DNA of 13,637 nucleotides from Promethearchaeota archaeon (lineage in GTDB: Archaea > Asgardarchaeota > Hermodarchaeia > Hermodarchaeales > Hermodarchaeaceae), in assembly GCA_048938295.1 (NCBI GenBank), contig JBHLMI010000042.1, positions 1-13,637 on the forward strand. Direction: 5' to 3'. Positions 8,123 to 13,637 of the stretch are shown in pieces. The notes beneath the pieces were generated by a model. That model made no database searches. It was not told where the DNA came from and saw only the letters and a program-made list of their open reading frames with translations. How positions within the stretch are numbered: position 1 is the first letter of the stretch; every line of letters begins with the position of its first letter. The position numbers were made by a program, and so were the translations under genes.

Positions 8123-8184
8123 AAAACGGAGGCACTGCTGCGAGCAATTCGAGCAGACTCTTCCGTTTTCCCTTTTTTCTTTTT
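8123..8184 (+). terminator. Hairpin plus T-tract terminator of ssb
   Basis: AAAACGGA/TCCGTTTT outer stem, CTGCT/AGCAG and CGA/TCG inner stems, then T6 and T5 runs at 8173-8184. Confidence 0.55.
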
Positions 8185-8360
8185 AAAAACTGGCTGATTA
8201 CTTCTTCTAAAGTTCCTTTGATAGTGCTAAAAGAAGAAAGGTGTCCATCCCAAAGTTATTCGAGGTCACTCGCATCGATACAAGATCGGAGTAATCGAAT
8301 ACTGGTATCATCAAAAGCCCGGAAGCAATTGCCATGAATTTCTGAAATTCTAAATTCCTT

Positions 8361-9215
8361 TCACGGGCTGAATTTAAGATGGACAAAGGAGGCAACATTG
8401 AACCAATCACTGAGTCGCATCATCATCCGCGTCCTCCACTTCCAGTGTGGATCTTTGTGGACGCGACGAAACATCGGAAACCAATCAAGAACCGTTACGT
8501 GGCGGGACCAACCCAGAATCTGTTTTCGCGCATTCCCCAATCCGAAGTGAATATCAACACCTTCAATGCCATAGGACCGAAACCGGCGTTTCAGAATCCG
8601 GATGCCAAACCGGGAAGGCATATCGAAGAACAACTCGCCCTGGGGAAACTGGGTCGCCATCGCATCCACAAGGGTAGCCACTTCGGATTCGGGGAAGTAA
8701 TGAAACAGCCCTCCAGCAAAGCAGAAGAACCCATTTTCTGGTTGACCTTTGATTTCTTGGAACCACGTTGTATCGAAGGCAGATTTGGCGATGTAGCGAT
8801 TTCGTGTGGATTCGGAGAGCAATTGCCGGCGATACTCAATTGCTGCAGGTAAATCCAAATCATACCATACGACTTTCCCATTATCTACTCGCAAAAAGGT
8901 TGTATCCAACCCACAACCGATGTTCACAATAGTTGCAGCTGGATGCGCCTGGAGAAATTGTGTAATCGTATCATCGAAGATACGTGCCCGACAAAGAAAA
9001 GTGAGCCCATAAAATTCATCGATAAACTGCTCCATGATATAAAATTCTGCCTGGGCCTCCGGATATTGTGCCTTCACCTGCTCAAAGAGCTGCACTGATT
9101 GATTATCCGACAACAACTCCGGATATAGCTGACTATACTTGGCTCTTGCCCATAGGGGACCCACCATCGTTGACTCGAGCGTAACGGTAACTGGAGCTGC
9201 CAAAAAAACATTCAT
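8361..9215 (-). CDS. Class I SAM-dependent methyltransferase, leucine-carboxyl-methyltransferase (LCM/TcmP-like) family
   Basis: PLWARA, RARIFDD, VNIGCGLDT (SAM motif I), WYDLDLP and GGLFHYF motifs. Start is ATG 9215 or TTG 9245. Confidence 0.85.
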   Translation of the reverse strand: MNVFLAAPVTVTLESTMVGPLWARAKYSQLYPELLSDNQSVQLFEQVKAQYPEAQAEFYIMEQFIDEFYGLTFLCRARIFDDTITQFLQAHPAATIVNIGCGLDTTFLRVDNGKVVWYDLDLPAAIEYRRQLLSESTRNRYIAKSAFDTTWFQEIKGQPENGFFCFAGGLFHYFPESEVATLVDAMATQFPQGELFFDMPSRFGIRILKRRFRSYGIEGVDIHFGLGNARKQILGWSRHVTVLDWFPMFRRVHKDPHWKWRTRMMMRLSDWFNVASFVHLKFSP

Positions 9216-9296
9216 CCCTATACCTACATGCACGATTCTGTTCAAATACCTATACTTAGAACTTGTAGGAAGTGCTGGAAACTACTTTAAATTACC

Positions 9297-9338
9297 AAAA
9301 AAAGGGGTAGGGGACACCTCTAATCGTGAGAGGGCCCC
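9297..9338 (-). terminator. Putative terminator of the 208-aa gene
   Basis: On the minus strand, a GGGG-CCTCT/AGAGG-CCCC hairpin followed by T7 (plus-strand A-run 9297-9303). Confidence 0.5.
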
Positions 9339-9357
9339 GGTATTTTTTGCAGGTTTA

Positions 9358-9984
9358 CTAATTATATTCGATAATAAAATAGCTATTTGGAAGACCCCAC
9401 TCCGATAGAGCGACATTCCAATTGAAGATTTCTACCCATTCATCTGTGTCGTGGTTGTATTCATATTCTATGAAATTGAATACATGATAGCCTTCTGCGA
9501 TTTCACCTGGTTTAAACGAAGTTCCAACACGGAGCATATAAGCGCCTTCAGGTACACCATCCCCATCATCATCATAAAGGGGATTGTATACTAAAGGTGT
9601 CACTATTCCCTCGAATGCGGTTTCATCGATATAGAATTCAATTCGATAGTCATGCTTAAAGTACTTCTTCAGTCCCACAAAGTTGTCAACTTCATCTGGC
9701 AGCCAGTAGTAGCTGTGACCCATTGCGAGATATTCATCACCATCAAATATTGGATCCCAAGGAACGAGAGGAGCACATGTAAACAAACTGATACAACGAG
9801 TGACGTAACTTTCATACACCCGGATAAAAGCAGCGTTAAAGTTTGCTGGACTAGTTCCTGAATTGGGGTTCCGAAGAAAGCTATTTATCTCACCATAGTT
9901 CGCAGTTGCTCGTGGAATCATTGTTAAACAAAGGAAAAAAGCGAGTGCGATAACGAGTAGTTTTACTTTTGAATTGCGAAGCAT
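9358..9984 (-). CDS. Secreted hypothetical protein (208 aa)
   Basis: Signal peptide MLRNSKVKLLVIALAFFLCLTMIPRATA; GGAGGGATGA SD; acidic, aromatic-rich mature region with DDDGDG; TAG-TAA double stop. Confidence 0.8.
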   Translation of the reverse strand: MLRNSKVKLLVIALAFFLCLTMIPRATANYGEINSFLRNPNSGTSPANFNAAFIRVYESYVTRCISLFTCAPLVPWDPIFDGDEYLAMGHSYYWLPDEVDNFVGLKKYFKHDYRIEFYIDETAFEGIVTPLVYNPLYDDDGDGVPEGAYMLRVGTSFKPGEIAEGYHVFNFIEYEYNHDTDEWVEIFNWNVALSEWGLPNSYFIIEYN

Positions 9985-10006
9985 TGACTCATCCCTCCAA
10001 GTTGAT

Positions 10007-10024
10007 TCGTTGATTTTTCAACGA
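10007..10024. promoter_or_regulatory. Perfect 18-bp interrupted palindrome (candidate operator or 5' hairpin)
   Basis: TCGTTGA-TTTT-TCAACGA lies between a minus-strand TATTAAA (10050-10056) and the SD of the 208-aa gene. Confidence 0.4.
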
Positions 10025-10171
10025 CCACACAGGATTCACCTAAACACTATTTAATACCGTGGGTCGTGAACCGGGAAAAAATTGGTTGAAAACTCTTCAA
10101 AAATGGTAAATAGGGGAATCATCGAATCCTCAAATGATTCTCGTGTGCAGAAAAGATCTCCAGGAAAAAAG

Positions 10172-10600
10172 CTATAATGTGGCTTCGGGAGGAGAGAGGA
10201 GATGGTATAGATCTCTGGAAGGAATGCCCTGCAAAGGTGTCCAGGCGCTCCAAAATCCTTCTTCCGCAATTATTTCTAGCTGGAATCCTGCTTCGCTCAA
10301 TCTGAGAAGATAGTTGAGATGGGTTATTAATCTCTTCAGGACAGCTTGTAGGCGTGCAGTGCTAATGCTGGGCAAGGTGTTGACATGTCCTGTAATATTA
10401 TTTTTTTCAACCCAAGCCGGGAGAGACATCTCAATGACTAGCCGTATTTCTCGCCCATTTTGGACATTGCAGACAAAACAGATCTGAACCCAATCGGTTT
10501 CATAAACTAGAATAGTGCGTTCAGCATTTGATTCATTAAAGGCACCTCTTGATGCAGCAATGAAATTCTTGTAAGCAGTAACGAAATCGGAATAGTTGAT
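10172..10600 (-). CDS. Hypothetical protein (~142 aa), paralog of 6835-7269, with non-canonical or mutated start
   Basis: The frame is open from 10603 and reads INYSDFVTAYKNF...VYETDWVQI...EMSLPAWV. ATC at 10600 aligns exactly with Met1 of the paralog (MRYSD). 19/55 ungapped identities in the C-terminal block. Confidence 0.75.
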   Translation of the reverse strand: MNYSDFVTAYKNFIAASRGAFNESNAERTILVYETDWVQICFVCNVQNGREIRLVIEMSLPAWVEKNNITGHVNTLPSISTARLQAVLKRLITHLNYLLRLSEAGFQLEIIAEEGFWSAWTPLQGIPSRDLYHLLSPPEATL

Positions 10601-10683
10601 GGCCTATCCCCCCATAATCATCAATAAAGTTTCAAATGTACCTCACAAACCTTCTCGTTGGCTCCAGCTCCCTTCGAAATAAG

Positions 10684-10702
10684 GGGGAGGCTAAGCCTCC
10701 CC
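10684..10702 (-). terminator. GC-rich hairpin downstream of the surface-protein gene
   Basis: Perfect GGGGAGGC-TAA-GCCTCCCC stem, followed on the minus strand by CTTATTT. Confidence 0.45.
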
Positions 10703-10729
10703 GATTGACTTCTCTGAGTTCTAAACTAG

Positions 10730-11503
10730 CTATGGTTCCGATCTTCTTCGGCGGACAACAATGATAACCACGACTACGATGACAATAACTGCAACAAGAC
10801 CTCCTGCCAGTACAATCAATTCAACAGGAAGAGGAGTTACACCATCGCCATTATGAATACCATTGTCATGGGTTTCATAGACTTTGATGTTGTCGATGTA
10901 GCCACCTTCACAGAACCTGATGGCAAAATACGATGAGGTATCAATGTGCGTTGATTGAGCTGATATTCGAAGGGTGTCATCGATATACACATCGAAATTG
11001 CCAGTGGAATTCCGGGTCACTTTCACATCAAAGACAGTACCCATCAAGATAGTGACAGAGTACGAGCCTAAATTGCTCCGTATTGAATTTTCATGTTTGT
11101 ATAACCGAATCCAACCGTCAACGGGGTTGAACGTTACCACGTAGCCTGTACTTGGGTATGAAAGACCGACACCACCGAGACTTGTAGCCATAAACGCCAC
11201 ACATGCACCCGGCGTTGAATCTATACAAACCGTAAAGTGCCATTCACCTTCATCATTTGCACTTGTGCGAGATGCATAGTTCCATACATCGGCGCCAGAT
11301 TCCATTCGAAGAATTGCAGCGGAGAAGGATCCGCCTGACACAGTCCATTCCGGTTCATATGTCCCGTCATTGAAGTTATCTTCCCAGACAAGCGTTTGCA
11401 TTGCCCCAGTTGCTGGAGACCCCCAGAACATGCCTAAAAATAACAGGCAAAGGGCCAGGACTGCCGGTAATGTAATTGACCATTTCTTACTCGAAGAAAT
11501 CAT
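10730..11503 (-). CDS. Membrane-anchored surface protein with a probable ConA/LamG-like beta-sandwich
   Basis: Signal peptide; WEDNFNDG start and YIDNIKV end typical of lectin/glucanase-like folds; NST sequon; C-terminal TM helix plus RRRR. GGAGG (11513-11517) favours ATG 11503 over GTG 11527. Confidence 0.8.
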   Translation of the reverse strand: MISSSKKWSITLPAVLALCLLFLGMFWGSPATGAMQTLVWEDNFNDGTYEPEWTVSGGSFSAAILRMESGADVWNYASRTSANDEGEWHFTVCIDSTPGACVAFMATSLGGVGLSYPSTGYVVTFNPVDGWIRLYKHENSIRSNLGSYSVTILMGTVFDVKVTRNSTGNFDVYIDDTLRISAQSTHIDTSSYFAIRFCEGGYIDNIKVYETHDNGIHNGDGVTPLPVELIVLAGGLVAVIVIVVVVIIVVRRRRSEP

Positions 11504-11520
11504 ATTAGAATTCCTCCAAA

Positions 11521-11538
11521 GGGTCACTCTTCCAATTG
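11521..11538 (-). repeat. Copy 2 of the 18-nt leader motif CAATTGGA-RGR-GTGACCC
   Basis: Plus strand GGGTCACTCTTCCAATTG; 17 nt upstream of ATG 11503; 16/18 identical to 7289-7306. Confidence 0.55.
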
Positions 11539-11685
11539 GATCGGCGACCCATCACTCTGATTTCTCCGGTACTACGTCTTAAATCGCTGTGAGCCGTGAG
11601 AATTACAAAACGGACGAAAACATACCTCCAAGCCATCCCTTTAGAAACTAGCAGGGTTGGAAACGGAAATCCAGTGATACATCCG

Positions 11686-11714
11686 AAAAAACCAACGGAT
11701 TTACAGTCAAATCC
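11686..11714 (-). terminator. Putative terminator of the second Lrp-like gene
   Basis: GGATTT-N6-AAATCC hairpin (11697-11714) followed on the minus strand by T6 (plus A-run 11686-11691). Confidence 0.4.
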
Positions 11715-11726
11715 CTTGAAGCAGAA

Positions 11727-12692
11727 TTAGAATTTAACGCGGTGATTAGAGATGTCCACCCCTACCAGTTTGGCCAGGCGAATGTAGCCTGGTCCGACAA
11801 AGAAAGTTTGGGGCTGTACAATTATTGCCCCCACTCGCTTTGCGAACTCGGTGTTCTTCGTCTTGTTCGTGATGGCTTCAATCGTTGGCAGATCTTTGGC
11901 TGTACAAAAATGTAGTAAATAGGGTTTGTTCGCGTACAACCAGGTATTCCAGTATTCAAAGGGATTCTGCTCCATCACCCATTTCGTCACCTCTTGAGGC
12001 GTCGCCTTCGTTTCATCATAATCAACGGCGATATTAAACCCGATTACCCCAGCTGCACTCATCTTGGTAAAAATGGTGAAATATAACCCACCCCCCACTT
12101 GGAGCTCTCGAAGTACTTGTCGGACTCGTCGTGGAGAGAGCGGAATTTCTTTGGCAATCTCAGTTGCGGATAACCGTGCATCATCTAAGAGGTAGTGGAG
12201 AACCTGTAATTGGGGCTTAGTGAAAGTGACTTTGTTGCCCCGATAAGTATACTGGGAACTGGTTACAGGTGTAGGCGATACCGGATACATGAAATTAATC
12301 ATCACATTCTCCACGGATGAAACCCTCCGAAGGAAGCGGCCCAACTCAAACAGCCCCACTGGACCCACAACTTGGCCAAGCACCCAGAGTCTCCGTGGAC
12401 CGATCCTCAATACTACCATCACTGCTGAGTGCGCTCCGATTAGGTCATAGAAGGTTTCATCATATTCCGTTCCATCCGTAACCACTTCAGCTACGCACCA
12501 GTCAGCATCCATCATGGCCAAAGACAGCATTGCATAGGGTCGACTCAGAAACCCGATTTCCCGGAGCCGCGTCACACGTTTTTTCACACTGGTCGCCGTC
12601 AACCCTAATTTCTTGGCAATCCCTCGATAGGTTGCCCGACAATTCGCGTAGAGTTCAATCAGGATACCTTTATCCACCACATCCAGAACCAA
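11727..12692 (-). CDS. Tandem-domain Lrp/AsnC-like transcriptional regulator, paralog of 5379-6320
   Basis: VDKGILIELYANCRATYRGIAKKLG HTH, second HTH QLQVLHYLLDDARLSATEIAKE, and shared P-x-EYW motif. GGAGGG 8 nt before TTG 12692 suggests that start rather than GTG 12713. Confidence 0.85.
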   Translation of the reverse strand: MVLDVVDKGILIELYANCRATYRGIAKKLGLTATSVKKRVTRLREIGFLSRPYAMLSLAMMDADWCVAEVVTDGTEYDETFYDLIGAHSAVMVVLRIGPRRLWVLGQVVGPVGLFELGRFLRRVSSVENVMINFMYPVSPTPVTSSQYTYRGNKVTFTKPQLQVLHYLLDDARLSATEIAKEIPLSPRRVRQVLRELQVGGGLYFTIFTKMSAAGVIGFNIAVDYDETKATPQEVTKWVMEQNPFEYWNTWLYANKPYLLHFCTAKDLPTIEAITNKTKNTEFAKRVGAIIVQPQTFFVGPGYIRLAKLVGVDISNHRVKF

Positions 12693-12957
12693 ACACGTTA
12701 CCCTCCACGCCACCTACTATGTCTCAAACCACATAAAATATCTCACGGATAACCTCCTTCAGCCTTATTTCTGCTACCAATAACAAGAAAAGGAGGAGAA
12801 AGGAGAGGACCGACCACCTACAATTCGATTACCTAGAAGCGGTAATGAGTCACTCTAGCTTAATCTTCCAATTTATGATTCTTATGAGGGGAATCTTAAT
12901 GGGTAGGAATTCCATCATGGGATTCTCTGGAATAGACTCTGATTGACTGGAATTGCT

Positions 12958-13637
12958 ATGAAAGAAGCGACTATGTCCACAGATGAGCCTTATCGGTGGG
13001 GCATGGATGAGAAGCAATGGATTGCGTTAACTTCGGTAATTGCAGCAATTGTACTCACCATCACGAAGCTAGTGGTGGGTCTGTGGACCAATAGTTTAGG
13101 TATTCTTTCAGAAGCCTTACACTCAGCCCTCGATCTAATCGCAGCGGGGATTACGTTATATGCAGTAAGAAAAGCAACTCAACCTCCTGATACAGATCAC
13201 CATTATGGCCACTGGCGTGTCGAGAATTTCTCTGCATTGGTCGAAACCATTCTCTTACTAATTACAGTGGTGTGGATCCTCTATGAGGCCATCCGCCGCA
13301 TAGTGTCTCATGACCTAGCTGTCGAAGTCAACATTCTAGCGTTTGGGGTAATCGTTTTTGCGATTGTCATTGATTTTTCACGCTCACGCGCTCTAAGGCG
13401 TGTGGCGAAAAAATATGACAGCCAGGCCCTAGAAGCCGATGCGCTGCATTTTAGCACTGATATTCTCAGCTCCAGCGTTGTCCTCGTAGGCTTATTGTTG
13501 ACTTTCCTGGGATTTCCACTGGGCGATCCCTTGGCCGCGATTGGCGTCGCGTTAGTGGTGCTTTACTTGACGATTAAACTCGGTAAAGAAACCGTCGACC
13601 TTCTAATGGATCGCGCACCGTCGGATTTGACCGTTCC
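12958..13637 (+). CDS. Cation diffusion facilitator (CDF) metal transporter, 3'-truncated by the window edge
   Basis: Manual translation: ...SLGILSEALHSALD...PPDTDHHYGHWRVENFSAL...SQALEADALHFSTD...GDPLAAI...LLMDRAP. Contains the CDF signature and TM2/TM5 HxxxD motifs. Alternative ATG at 12973. Confidence 0.93.
   Translation, partial: MKEATMSTDEPYRWGMDEKQWIALTSVIAAIVLTITKLVVGLWTNSLGILSEALHSALDLIAAGITLYAVRKATQPPDTDHHYGHWRVENFSALVETILLLITVVWILYEAIRRIVSHDLAVEVNILAFGVIVFAIVIDFSRSRALRRVAKKYDSQALEADALHFSTDILSSSVVLVGLLLTFLGFPLGDPLAAIGVALVVLYLTIKLGKETVDLLMDRAPSDLTV

Noticed and set aside
8207-8410. 67-aa minus-strand ORF and neighbouring frames after the methyltransferase
   Set aside because: It overlaps the methyltransferase 3' end, has no SD or recognisable motif, and no evidence supports a gene or remnant.
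10051-10269. 72-aa minus-strand ORF
   Set aside because: Out-of-frame overlap with the paralog-supported gene at 10172-10600; it extends over that gene's terminator region and the next promoter.
8361-12713. Co-oriented run of unrelated genes with intergenic hairpins, suggesting an integron cassette array
   Set aside because: No RYYYAAC/GTTRRRY attC-type boundaries were seen, there is no integrase, and the genes have their own TATA boxes and terminators.
511-12736. Remaining short ORFs in the track (for example 511-774, 920-1120, 2676-2891, 3389-3757, 7724-8071, 8379-8852, 12530-12736)
   Set aside because: They are antisense or alternate-frame shadows of well-supported genes and show no motifs.
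12845-12946. 33-codon Met-rich uORF (MSHSSLIFQFMILMRGILMGRNSIMGFSGIDSD) before the CDF gene
   Set aside because: Short, no clear SD, and no way to distinguish it from chance without conservation or Ribo-seq data.
1-13637. Global TAG (pyrrolysine-type) recoding
   Set aside because: Five genes end in TAG at plausible termini, one of them TAG-TAA, and no long ORF in the window needs read-through to be complete.

Overview
Archaeal chromosomal segment, probably from an Asgard-type lineage. That placement is inferred from a single-OB crenarchaeal-type SSB, GGAGG/GGTGA Shine-Dalgarno (SD) sites, TTTA(A/T)A-type boxes, tandem-domain Lrp paralogs and a surface protein with a TM+RRRR anchor. It holds 14 complete CDSs and 2 edge-truncated CDSs missing from the ORF track: a CX5R protein phosphatase at the left edge and a CDF metal transporter at the right edge. 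No transposase, integrase, CRISPR array, rRNA or tRNA was found. Recognisable genes: DUF362-like protein, M20 ArgE/DapE-family hydrolase, MBL-fold hydrolase, two double-Lrp regulators, SSB with an RGG tail and an LCM-family SAM methyltransferase. Most notable observations: (1) the 85-aa ORF at 10172-10429 is the C-terminal part of a ~142-aa paralog of the 144-aa unknown at 6835-7269, and its apparent start is ATC, preceded in frame by ATG-GGG-GGA-TAG; (2) an 18-nt leader motif (16/18 identical) lies at nearly the same distance upstream of two unrelated genes, with weaker copies at two more; (3) structured or palindromic elements sit just downstream of several putative TATA boxes, including a two-hairpin leader in front of an orphan VirB2/TrbC-like small membrane protein. 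All alignments and folds were done by eye.
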